This document shows positions 29,399-38,445 of a stretch of 64,000 bases of DNA, in pieces. The stretch comes from a virus: IMG/VR virus record IMGVR_UViG_3300048922_000467, positions 1-64,000 of that record. One strand, given 5' to 3'. The position numbers and the translations under genes are program-made. Positions within the stretch are counted from its first letter, which is position 1. Each line of letters begins with the position of its first letter. Below the pieces are notes generated by a model, which did not search any database, had not been told where the DNA came from, and saw nothing but the letters and a program-made list of their open reading frames with translations.

Positions 29399-29593
29399 AT
29401 GCAAGGCACGATCATTATCAAGAATGGCTTATTCAACAACGCCTTCGAAATTCGAGACTGCGAGATAACCCTTAGCGATACAGCGAGCGTCAGCGAAGAT
29501 TGCGATTCGAACAAGAAATATGCTGAATTGACATACCGAGGCGACTCATTTCTGCATAAGTGTGTTGAGGATGTGAAAGCGCGCTTCCAGTAG
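29399..29593 (+). CDS. SOS-controlled small hypothetical protein
   Basis: 64 aa after LexA box; terminator at about 29610-29635. Confidence 0.7.
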   Translation: MQGTIIIKNGLFNNAFEIRDCEITLSDTASVSEDCDSNKKYAELTYRGDSFLHKCVEDVKARFQ

Positions 29594-29674
29594 CCATCAG
29601 ATCACAGAGAGGCTCACCCGCGAGCCTTTTGTTTTCAAATCCACCTGCAGCACATAATAATAAGAGAGAAGACA

Positions 29675-30121
29675 GTGATCTACAGCATTCACAAGAACGC
29701 CAGCCTATTTCATATAGTCGTTAAAGGCCGAACGATGCTTCTGATGGAGCTTTTTATGGGCTCAGACCACCAACACAAACTTGGCAATGGTTATCGATTC
29801 ATGGTTGCTGCTAAGCGACTTTTGGGAGATGGCTGCCTGAAAACGATAGCCAGCAAAAGGGCTGAGGGCGGTGCTCTAGTGCCCTACAAGGATACGTATA
29901 AGTACGTGGGCTCAGGAGTCTATGAGTTTTACAACGAAGTTAATGAAGAGCTCGTCAGGGCCTTTTTTGACGATAGGATTGGCATGGATGACCTGCGTTG
30001 CATCAAAGGGGACTACTTAGCCGCCCACATCGTTAAGCAAATTGACAGCCAAATGCCTGGCTACAGGGAAAAGTACGCCATGCGAATGTCGAGAGGAGCC
30101 TTGGGCTGGGTTTTCGAATGA
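29675..30121 (+). CDS. Hypothetical protein
   Basis: 148 aa; leader GCAGCACATAATAATAAGAGAGA; terminator at 30126-30146. Confidence 0.7.
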   Translation: MIYSIHKNASLFHIVVKGRTMLLMELFMGSDHQHKLGNGYRFMVAAKRLLGDGCLKTIASKRAEGGALVPYKDTYKYVGSGVYEFYNEVNEELVRAFFDDRIGMDDLRCIKGDYLAAHIVKQIDSQMPGYREKYAMRMSRGALGWVFE

Positions 30122-30217
30122 GCATGCCCCCGCCAGGGGGCTTTTTGTTTACAAACAGTTTTTCTTAACCAAAACACATGCGCAACCCAACCCTGCCTCA
30201 GGGCCGCATTTGAGTAT

Positions 30218-31117
30218 CTACTCCTTTTCTGCGGATCTTTTCTTTGCATCCTCCAGAATGCCGGGGACGTGCAATGCTACGAAAAGGAGAAAGGAGAAGG
30301 CTTTCATACTGTTTATTTCGGTGCCGTAGTCTGAAACCTCCCCATGCATGACCTGATGACGATTTAGGGCGTCAAAAACCTTACCAGTTTCGCGAACCTT
30401 TGCGTTACGGGCTCCCTGGCTTTTCAGGATATCGAGCTCATGTAACTCCAGCGCTGGAAGCAGACTGCCCATAGTTTTTGCGTCAGCACCAATTTGAGTA
30501 CTCAGCCATTGACTTCCCTTGATGAGATTCTGCCCTTTCACCTTGTCCATCGCTGAAGGGATGCCTGTCACTTCAGAAAAGATGCCATCTGCCTGAGCCA
30601 AGAATACAGGAATGCTCAGCGAGTAGCCGGCTGGAGCGAGGCTTCTGTGAGCGTTAATTGCCGCATGAATGGCAGTTGTGCGAGACGGATATTTTTCTGC
30701 CAGCAGCTCCGAGTAGTAGTCCCAATAATCGTTGTAGTAGGCCATCAATATTGTATCGATGTCACTAGCGCTCTTGGCTTCCCGAATGCTCTCCGTAAGC
30801 TCCATCACATCCTGAAATCCGCCTTGCCAGTTAAAAAACCAACCCTCACGGGAAGCTACTTTCATGGCTTGGCTTGAGGCCTCAGGGAAGCTCTCCAGGC
30901 GCTCCTGCACATGCTTCCAATCAACGCTAGCAACCCATTGGATCACTGGCGCAATCTGGGTGCCTATATCAGACAACCATTTGCCAAAAGACAGCAGGGA
31001 CTCCTGGATGTGAGGGGCGTGCTTTTGGAGTGCCTGAGCCAATACCTCCGCAATCCGCTGATTTTGGAGGTTTATGGCTTCATCGATGACATTTTTCTCG
31101 GGCATGAGGGCGCTCAC
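30218..31117 (-). CDS. Hypothetical protein with C-terminal HEPN-like Rx4H
   Basis: LNRHQVMHG and SIPVFLAQADGI. Confidence 0.65.
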   Translation of the reverse strand: MSALMPEKNVIDEAINLQNQRIAEVLAQALQKHAPHIQESLLSFGKWLSDIGTQIAPVIQWVASVDWKHVQERLESFPEASSQAMKVASREGWFFNWQGGFQDVMELTESIREAKSASDIDTILMAYYNDYWDYYSELLAEKYPSRTTAIHAAINAHRSLAPAGYSLSIPVFLAQADGIFSEVTGIPSAMDKVKGQNLIKGSQWLSTQIGADAKTMGSLLPALELHELDILKSQGARNAKVRETGKVFDALNRHQVMHGEVSDYGTEINSMKAFSFLLFVALHVPGILEDAKKRSAEKE

Positions 31118-31340
31118 CTACCTGGCGGGGCCTTTATTTAGCCACAACCAGTCGCCGCAGGCGATGAGCTCGCATTTCTCGCTACAGATACCCCAGGCCG
31201 CAGCTGGATCAACATGCAAAGCCTGGGGCCTGTGCTGCACGATTTTGCAGTCAAAAAGCTTTTTGAAAGTCTACCGCGCTGACCAGGGCAAGGAGCACCT
31301 GGCCTGGGTTTCTGAGCTCGGGCTGGCGGGGGATCTGGGG

Positions 31341-32117
31341 CTATGATGCCTGGCGCTGCATCCAATAGATCGACGCCTCAACAACTTCCAGAACTCGAAG
31401 CTTGAGCGTCTGTTCCATCAAGTTCATGTCTCGTTTGTACTTTTCAAAAGTAGCTACGCATGCTGGATCAAGGCGCTGCTGCTCGCTCAGCTCGTTGCCG
31501 AGGTTTTCAGGGAATGGGTGCAAGGGCCATGAACCATACTGATCTGCCAGCAGCCGCACTTTGTCTGTGAGAACCAGCCAGTCGAGCGCATGGTCAGGTG
31601 ATATTGACGCTGCCAACGTAAGGCCGTGCTGGAAATCCGGATACCTGGAGTGAGCGGTTTCCATTGCAAATTTGAGCTTGAGAATTTGAGCCCCCGTAAC
31701 AATCGAGCTCTTGTGGGCCTTCAAGTTGTCCAGAGCCAGGATGGATGGGTCGATCGATGTGATCGGTGTTTCGTGACCGAAAACCCGAGTGCGCTCGTAG
31801 GCGTCAATGACGGAGGCTAGGATCAGATTCAAAGGCGTTAGCGTCAGCGTCTCCCTTCGGTAGCTGGGTATGAGCTCGATCACTACATAGAACACATACG
31901 CAGAAAACAGCCCGACAAGAAGGTCACTGCTGACACTACCGGTGGCCTCGGCAGAGAGAAAGGCAGCAATCTTGCCCCCTTTCAGCCAGGGCCAAACCTC
32001 CAGCTGGAGGTTGATCAGGATGATGAGACCCAGAACAGTGAGAGCAGCTGCTAGTAGCCACTTTTCCCTCGTTTCACGCCATACCCACATGACCCAACTC
32101 TCCCTGAAATCCGGCAA
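31341..32117 (-). CDS. Two-TM membrane-anchored hypothetical protein
   Basis: Two N-terminal hydrophobic helices plus a soluble domain. Confidence 0.65.
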   Translation of the reverse strand: MPDFRESWVMWVWRETREKWLLAAALTVLGLIILINLQLEVWPWLKGGKIAAFLSAEATGSVSSDLLVGLFSAYVFYVVIELIPSYRRETLTLTPLNLILASVIDAYERTRVFGHETPITSIDPSILALDNLKAHKSSIVTGAQILKLKFAMETAHSRYPDFQHGLTLAASISPDHALDWLVLTDKVRLLADQYGSWPLHPFPENLGNELSEQQRLDPACVATFEKYKRDMNLMEQTLKLRVLEVVEASIYWMQRQAS

Positions 32118-32194
32118 GGATACCGGCAGGGAGGCCGTTTGACATCAAAACATGGCGTGGCCCATCTCTCCTGCGAGCGACGGCTCACAGGACA

Positions 32195-33142
32195 TCATTC
32201 GCCAATTGCGGTTTGGGCGGTCTTTTTCTCTAGGCTGCACAACATAACGATTGCAGATGCGGTCATGTGCAAAACGTATGCAGCGATCTCAGGCTCAACT
32301 TCTGAGACCTCCGAGCCTTGACCGTGCCCACCCTCCTTATTACGGATGGTTGGAACACTGCTTTCCAACAAGGTTGAGAGAGCATTCAGGTGGTTCTGGT
32401 GATACGACGGCAGGAAGTTATTAGCCAGGAGTACAGCCAGAAGCCTTTTAGCTGGTGAGGTCTTATCGTACTCCCACCCTCGAAGCTCCAGCACCACCTT
32501 GATGGTACTTTCAAAGGCCTTTAGTGCATCATTCAAGGCTTCTTTGAGGTTGCTATGCCGATAGTGCTCATATGCGCCAAGAAACTCATCTCTCGGGCCT
32601 GCGTATTCCGCTTGATTCAGAAAGCTTATTGCTGGCTTGACTGCTTCAGCGTGAAGAAACTCGGAGTCTATTCTAAGAACTCTTCCATCATTTATCTCGT
32701 ACCCCTTGCCATGCTCTTTGAATCGCGTGTTTAACTCGGAAACACACTCGTCAATGTAAGCGCCCGTATCCTCTTTGGGATATCGATAGGTATACGATTT
32801 ATCTCGGTAAGATTCCGCGATTACGAAGCAGAGTTCAATAGCATCAAGAACTCGATCAATGTCCCGTTCGATTGAAATGAACTGACCCAGCTCATCCATC
32901 ACTGTTGACCGAGCATGGAGACCTGTCACCAGCTTGTAGACCCCATATTCCCGCCGAAGCACTTCGCAAATGCTTCCGTAATTACGCTCCTGCTCATTAC
33001 GATCTTGAATGCCAAGTACATCGTCGATCACATAGCATATCTGAGCACGAAGGTTGGCATTGAAGTCGTCGTACGTGTAGACATCGGGTTCCAGACCCAG
33101 CTCACGCTTCCTACGTTTTGAATACAAATCGATGACTGGCAT
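32195..33142 (-). CDS. AbiJ-like / Abi_C (HEPN) abortive infection protein (STM4504-like)
   Basis: SKR....PDVY.YD...LR.Q N-terminus; KAFEST.K, RNKEGGHG C-terminus. Confidence 0.8.
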   Translation of the reverse strand: MPVIDLYSKRRKRELGLEPDVYTYDDFNANLRAQICYVIDDVLGIQDRNEQERNYGSICEVLRREYGVYKLVTGLHARSTVMDELGQFISIERDIDRVLDAIELCFVIAESYRDKSYTYRYPKEDTGAYIDECVSELNTRFKEHGKGYEINDGRVLRIDSEFLHAEAVKPAISFLNQAEYAGPRDEFLGAYEHYRHSNLKEALNDALKAFESTIKVVLELRGWEYDKTSPAKRLLAVLLANNFLPSYHQNHLNALSTLLESSVPTIRNKEGGHGQGSEVSEVEPEIAAYVLHMTASAIVMLCSLEKKTAQTAIGE

Positions 33143-33204
33143 AGGCCCTCCCGGCGCTGTGAATGGGCATCATAGCGAGCCGTGGGCCATTTGACATCAA
33201 ACTG

Positions 33205-34533
33205 TCAGGCAGCGACGTACTCAGTGGCCAGCCTGTCCGCGTTGTCTTCGATACTGAAGTCGTTGCCCATGATCCCACGGCGCTTGAGCTCGCGAAGGTA
33301 CTCGTATTGGCTCAGGTCGCCGTTGGCCCTGGCGGTAGCAAGCGCGGTGAGCTCCTGGGCATTGGCGTTGATGCCGTAGTCAGTGTTGATGTCCACCTGG
33401 AAATCAGCGTTCGACACACGGCTGAAACGGGCGAGCATTCCGAACACAGTCTTGAGGGCAGACGCTGTGGCCGTGGCCATCGAAGCAATCTGGTTGTTGG
33501 TGTCCGAGGCGTTTAGAGAACGGCCAGTCGCTGTTTCGACCACACCAGTGTTTTGGAGCATCTCGTTGCCATGTGACGCCATCAGCACCTCCAAGTCTTG
33601 AAGGCTGTCCCTGCCGGCAGTGATCGCAGCGCCCGTGTGCTCAACAAACTTGAGATCTGCACCCTCGGCACTGCACATGATCGCGCTATCGACACCGATC
33701 TTGACGACTGTGCCCTCAGGAATTCCTTTGCCGAACAGGATTGGCACCCTGGCAACGTGCAGGATGTTGTCCTGGTCGGACTGGGACTGCCAGTGCTTGA
33801 TGTTCATGTGCGCCAGATCCTTGAGCGGAGGCTCGCAGAACAATGTGCCCCTGGTATCAGCTGGGTTTGAGTGAATCGCCACCACCGGAATCTCCGAGAG
33901 CCCGAAATCCCTCCAGGCCTCGATCTGCACGTAGTCGGCACCGTCAGACTCTTGCCAGATTGCCCACAGCACTTTGCCGTTGACCTTCCTGAACACGCGC
34001 ACCCGGCAGACCGTTTTCTCGCCCCACTCACCATCCTCGACGGTTGCCTTCTCCGAAATCCTGATCTCACGCAACTTATCATCCTCGTCGAGCTTGTAGC
34101 CCAGGATGTCATCACCGCTGAGCCAGTAGGCATAGGGCTGCCCGCCGCCGATAGGTGCATCAACACAGAGGAAGGACGACCCGTTCCACAGCGCATCCTG
34201 GAACGCCATCGCCGCCAGCGCACTCACCGAAGTCCCTTTACCGTCGATGTTGCTGCTGAACAGCTCTGCCAGCTCAGGGTGAGATTCCGAAACCACAGCT
34301 ACAGGTCTTGAGAAAGGCTTTGCAGACAAACTCTTTACGACCCTGGCCATGCGGTTGTTCAGGTACGTCCTGCATAGCCGTTTTTTGTACGACTCCGGGG
34401 TCTCGCCTGGCTCGTGCGGGAGAAATTCCTGGCCAGCAGCGCGCATTGCATCAGTGCCGCCCCGGAGTGCTCGGATGGCCCTGCGATCTGAGAAGTATTT
34501 GGAGCAGATTTCGGACTTGTCTTGTACTTTCAC
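33205..34533 (-). CDS. Portal protein (DUF4055-like)
   Basis: L.GGT.AMRAAG..LP....E....Y..RL, PPL.DLA..N..H.Q..SD. Confidence 0.9.
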   Translation of the reverse strand: MKVQDKSEICSKYFSDRRAIRALRGGTDAMRAAGQEFLPHEPGETPESYKKRLCRTYLNNRMARVVKSLSAKPFSRPVAVVSESHPELAELFSSNIDGKGTSVSALAAMAFQDALWNGSSFLCVDAPIGGGQPYAYWLSGDDILGYKLDEDDKLREIRISEKATVEDGEWGEKTVCRVRVFRKVNGKVLWAIWQESDGADYVQIEAWRDFGLSEIPVVAIHSNPADTRGTLFCEPPLKDLAHMNIKHWQSQSDQDNILHVARVPILFGKGIPEGTVVKIGVDSAIMCSAEGADLKFVEHTGAAITAGRDSLQDLEVLMASHGNEMLQNTGVVETATGRSLNASDTNNQIASMATATASALKTVFGMLARFSRVSNADFQVDINTDYGINANAQELTALATARANGDLSQYEYLRELKRRGIMGNDFSIEDNADRLATEYVAA

Positions 34534-34563
34534 GGTCTTTTCGACTCTTATTATGGCGTTTAT

Positions 34564-36081
34564 TTAACCCATTATCCCATGAGAGACAGTGGTAACTGGG
34601 CGCTTCCAGGTCAGGCGATATGCCAGCGCATCCCATGCATGATCGTCAGGCCCTTTGGCCACGGCATCGAGTTGATCGTCGTCACGCTGCAGGAATGGCA
34701 GGGTCTTAATCAGGAATTTCGCAGCAGGGAAAAAGTATATGTGAGGGTTGGATGGATCTTGTACCTTGGTGGCCTGCAGCCGCCCAAACATGAGCTGCGC
34801 AGAGGTCACACGGGAGCCGGGAGACTTGTCAGAGTTCACAAAGTCGATGCCCTCAGCCTTCAAGTCCTTGGCCACTGTGGGTGCATTTCCCTGATCGACC
34901 TTTGAGCCGTTGTAGATCTGATTATCTGCTGGCCCTGGAGCGACTTTTTTGTGAGCACTCAACACCCCAGTCAGCAGCTTTTCCTCTTTCTGTTTGAGGC
35001 GTGCCCCGATCTGGCGAGCAGAGAGGAATAACCCAGCATCCGGGCGTGCCTGCTTGCCAGTTTTGGGATCGATTTCGGTGCCGTAATCCTCGCCAATCAC
35101 AACCAGGCTGCCCTTCGGAGGACAGAATTCACGATTCCCCACTCGCACAGATTCCCCGTTACTCTCGGCAACCCAGAGACAACAAAAGGGGGTGCTCTGC
35201 CCAAAGTCGAAGCACCGATCGACCTTCCAGTCAACAGGGATCTGGAACGGATCAAGCAGCAGGTTTTGAGACCAAACGGGGCCAAACATCGCTCCTGTAT
35301 CGACGGCTTCCCAGTCGCCCTCCAACCATGCAGCCCTTTTGGCCGGATCGGTGAGCTGGGCCAGGTAGTTTCGGATGTAGCCGTCGTCGATGTAGTGATT
35401 CTGAAAGATGGTGCCGAACAGTGCTGTGCGTTGCCTGGTGCCATCGGCGTTGTATGTGATCTCGCCGGGCTTGCGCCCCTCAATGAAGCGCTCATACACC
35501 CAGGTTCTGCCGGCGCCCCAGGGGTTTGTGGTGCTGCGGACTTGCAGAGGTGGCGGGAGTGGTTGTGATGGGGTCGGTTGATACGCAGTACGGAGCGTCG
35601 ACATCATTGCTTCGTAGACTTCGATCGTTGACCACGTTGCCAATTCGTCAAAGCCGATGAAGGCGTACTGGTGACCGTGGAATTTGCCGTCGTACTCCCG
35701 GACGTGTTTGATGTGATTGAAGATCAGCACCTCGCCCGTGGGGAAAGTCCATGAGTGCTTGGTCTCGTTCCATACGGCACCAGGGAAGATCCTGGGAATG
35801 AGCATGCCTGCAGTCTTCACCAGGTCAGCAAGGTGCTTGAACTCTTTCCGCAAGATGATCCCGCGCCAGTACGCACCCCAACCTTTTCCCACGTGCTGCA
35901 GGAACGCCATGATGAGTGCATCAGATTTGCCATTGCCCCTAGAGCCATGGAACAGCACTTCCCGAGTGAGGTACTGAGGCTGACCCAGCACAAGGAACAT
36001 CGACTGCGACCCAGGCAAGGGCTTCCATATGATGTTCTGCACAGCACGTGCAAGCGGACGGATCGCCTGGAAAGCACTCAT
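34564..36081 (-). CDS. terL: Terminase large subunit
   Basis: GSRGNGKS Walker A, IGFDE, TTNP, DFG, DHA.DAL.Y; start reassigned to MSAFQ (ATGA overlap). Confidence 0.93.
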   Translation of the reverse strand: MSAFQAIRPLARAVQNIIWKPLPGSQSMFLVLGQPQYLTREVLFHGSRGNGKSDALIMAFLQHVGKGWGAYWRGIILRKEFKHLADLVKTAGMLIPRIFPGAVWNETKHSWTFPTGEVLIFNHIKHVREYDGKFHGHQYAFIGFDELATWSTIEVYEAMMSTLRTAYQPTPSQPLPPPLQVRSTTNPWGAGRTWVYERFIEGRKPGEITYNADGTRQRTALFGTIFQNHYIDDGYIRNYLAQLTDPAKRAAWLEGDWEAVDTGAMFGPVWSQNLLLDPFQIPVDWKVDRCFDFGQSTPFCCLWVAESNGESVRVGNREFCPPKGSLVVIGEDYGTEIDPKTGKQARPDAGLFLSARQIGARLKQKEEKLLTGVLSAHKKVAPGPADNQIYNGSKVDQGNAPTVAKDLKAEGIDFVNSDKSPGSRVTSAQLMFGRLQATKVQDPSNPHIYFFPAAKFLIKTLPFLQRDDDQLDAVAKGPDDHAWDALAYRLTWKRPVTTVSHGIMG

Positions 36082-36515
36082 GCCCTGAAGCCCGCTTCGC
36101 GGTTTGCGCACAAGCCGTTTTTGCTTACAAACACAGCTTCGAGAACCACCATTTCGTGAAGCTTGCGGGGCTGCTGGGATTTGGGGTCTGGGTCGTGTGC
36201 CTGGTGACCGTCCCAGTACACTGCATGCAGGTTGTAGCCGCTGCGGGAGAGGATCGTCAGGATTGCGGGACGGTCTCGGACAACGTCGATGCTGCAGGGG
36301 TTGCCGGTGGTTTGGAGGTGTTGGTAGAAATCTGGAAAGGTTGCGTAGACCGGGCTCAGGCCAAGGCTCAGCAGGGCGTTGCAGGTGTCCGCTGCTGTTG
36401 TGCCACGCAGGTCTGCCTGGGGCCCAAAGCACTGCTGGGCTTGTTCGTAGGTGAGACCGAGTGCATTCGCCAGGCTGGCAATTCCGCAGTCAGTCAGAGT
36501 CCGTTGGGTGATCAT
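36078..36515 (-). CDS. Peptidase C39-like (papain-fold) cysteine protease
   Basis: Q-x5-CG.A.LA (TQRTLTDCGIASLA), H (HAVYWDG), D (HDP). Confidence 0.7.
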   Translation of the reverse strand: MITQRTLTDCGIASLANALGLTYEQAQQCFGPQADLRGTTAADTCNALLSLGLSPVYATFPDFYQHLQTTGNPCSIDVVRDRPAILTILSRSGYNLHAVYWDGHQAHDPDPKSQQPRKLHEMVVLEAVFVSKNGLCANREAGFRA

Positions 36516-37020
36516 TTGAGAGCTCTTTTGTTTTTGTTTTTGCGAGCTGTAGGGCGTCTTGTTGTTGCTGTGCGAGCACCTGGGCAATGTCCGCGTCGAT
36601 CATGGTTGTGGGAATGAGTGCGATGCCTGTTCCTGTCTCACCTCCCTCCTGACGGATTACGATTTCACGGCGTGCAGGGGCGGCGAATTGGTCTGGGAAC
36701 ATGCGCTGGAGGATATCGATGGCAACCCTCGGATCTTGCATTGCTCCTTTGAGCGCGGCGTCGGAAAGCCTTTGCCCGACCTTTGCGCGGGAGGCCTCGA
36801 TCGTGTCCAGAAACTCCAGCAGGAGCTCGTCATTCGGACTGAGATTTTCGCGTCCAGGGTTGCCGTCAGCTATGTCCTGAGCCTGGGTTTTCCAGTAGTA
36901 AAATGTGGAGCGAGGCAGCCCAACACCACCGACCGCGACCTCGATTAATGGGGTCTTGGTGAGGGCTAAACCGAGGCGCTTGATGAGATCTCTGGTGAGT
37001 GATTTGGCAGCCATGATCAC
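36490..37020 (-). CDS. terS: Terminase small subunit
   Basis: HTH G..RSTFYYW, A...L.R.FP; position. Confidence 0.7.
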   Translation of the reverse strand: MIMAAKSLTRDLIKRLGLALTKTPLIEVAVGGVGLPRSTFYYWKTQAQDIADGNPGRENLSPNDELLLEFLDTIEASRAKVGQRLSDAALKGAMQDPRVAIDILQRMFPDQFAAPARREIVIRQEGGETGTGIALIPTTMIDADIAQVLAQQQQDALQLAKTKTKELSNDHPTDSD

Positions 37021-37502
37021 TCCAGGAGGCGGATGCCGTATTTGGCGATCATCAGCGAGTCAGAGATGCCATCTTTGACTGAGGGGGTGCCGTCTTTGCG
37101 CTTACGCCCGTAGATCCCAGGGGCCTTGAAAATCTCGAATGCAACCTCGGCGGTCTGCTCCTTTGAGAGCCCGATCAGGTACTGGTGGCCTTTCCATTCC
37201 TGGGGTGTTGCGAACACCAGTCTGGCTGCGTAGACCTCTGACAGGGCCCGCACAACGCCATAGGAATCGCCGAAGCTAAACATCGACACGACACCCTGGC
37301 CTGGGCGCGCACCGACTTTCTCGATGACAGCCAGGTCAATAGCATGGGATTCAAAGATCGCCTGAAGACCTTTCGGGCAAACCTTATCCTTGCCACCGAC
37401 TTTCACCGTGGGCATGGAATAAGTTGCAATGAGGTTCAAGTTCTCGTCAATGACTGACAGACCTCCGGACTTGCCGGGGTCGATACCAAGGATTAAGCGC
37501 AT
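37017..37502 (-). CDS. RuvC-like Holliday junction resolvase
   Basis: ILGIDPG..GG, IEKV...PGQG..S.F.FG, PQ.WK, D...D...IA. Confidence 0.85.
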   Translation of the reverse strand: MRLILGIDPGKSGGLSVIDENLNLIATYSMPTVKVGGKDKVCPKGLQAIFESHAIDLAVIEKVGARPGQGVVSMFSFGDSYGVVRALSEVYAARLVFATPQEWKGHQYLIGLSKEQTAEVAFEIFKAPGIYGRKRKDGTPSVKDGISDSLMIAKYGIRLLE

Positions 37503-37524
37503 GGCGGGACTGACTTTATTATTG

Positions 37525-38283
37525 TTATTGTACAGTCATTGTAGCACTTGCTGATTGTTGTTTGTGCGCAAAAAAGCCTGGATGGCTATTCATTCCGTCT
37601 GCGCTGAGTTGTTCTTTCAGAGACGGCAGGTTACGCCCGAAGTTTTGAACAAGCCATTTGTAACGATCGGACTTCCGGAAAGCGGCTTCTTGGCCCTCAT
37701 AGCAATAGTCGAAGCCTTGCTTTTTGGCCCAGTCCTCCATCGTCATTGAAGTGCCATCAACACGAGGCTTAACCCATGGGCATTTGATATTGCGATTTGA
37801 GAAGATGAAGACGATGTGAATGTGGTTCTGCTTCGCAGCACAGATGTATTTTCTAGCAGTCTCAAGATCCGCGATAACCCCTTTGCCCTCGTAGACGATT
37901 CGATCATTTAGGGGGTCGATCCAGTCTGGCTGGTAGCTATGCTCGACATAGTAAGGAATCTTGTAAGCGGAAGGCTCGTAATCGAAGCCCTTCATGCCGC
38001 CGAAGTGCCCCATTCTGAATTCACTCCAGCTCCGATATGGGCGCGGGTAGCGAGGCAGGTCTGGAGTCTTGATGATTGACTCACCATCCTCAAACTTGCG
38101 CTGGTATGCCTGACGATTGTAGTCATTCCAAGGGAAGGCTTGCTCGACTTCATAACAAGCATCAGCACATAGCTTGAGGAGCTCGTTGTCGACATTTAGA
38201 TAGCCATGTGGCTTCTGGAAGTGTTTGGCGTATGAATCTGATTTAAAGATGTCAGCAATCTTCTGCGGATCTAGACCTTTCAC
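37525..38283 (-). CDS. T7 endonuclease I-like nuclease
   Basis: YRS..E, YE...IPY....Y.PDW, E.KG, W....GF. Confidence 0.8.
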   Translation of the reverse strand: MKGLDPQKIADIFKSDSYAKHFQKPHGYLNVDNELLKLCADACYEVEQAFPWNDYNRQAYQRKFEDGESIIKTPDLPRYPRPYRSWSEFRMGHFGGMKGFDYEPSAYKIPYYVEHSYQPDWIDPLNDRIVYEGKGVIADLETARKYICAAKQNHIHIVFIFSNRNIKCPWVKPRVDGTSMTMEDWAKKQGFDYCYEGQEAAFRKSDRYKWLVQNFGRNLPSLKEQLSADGMNSHPGFFAHKQQSASATMTVQ

Positions 38284-38445
38284 AATGCACTCTCTTATTC
38301 TTATTATGTGCTGCTATGATCTTATTATCGTCAATGAGCAAAACATGACGCAACACCTGGTCGCGCCTTTTATTCAATTATCTTAATTCTTTCTTATGCC
38401 GGACAACTTGCTGTGAGTTAGGGGCATCCTTGCCTCCGCAATCCC

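Noticed and set aside
32138-32149. TTTGACATCAAA as an ANR/FNR box
   Set aside because: Spacing does not fit TTGAT-N4-ATCAA
36082-36432. N-terminal 117-aa extension of TerL in the ORF track
   Set aside because: Overlaps the peptidase ORF in another frame and is low-complexity; the ATGA overlap at 36078-36081 gives a better start. A frameshift fusion is not excluded but no slippery site was identified
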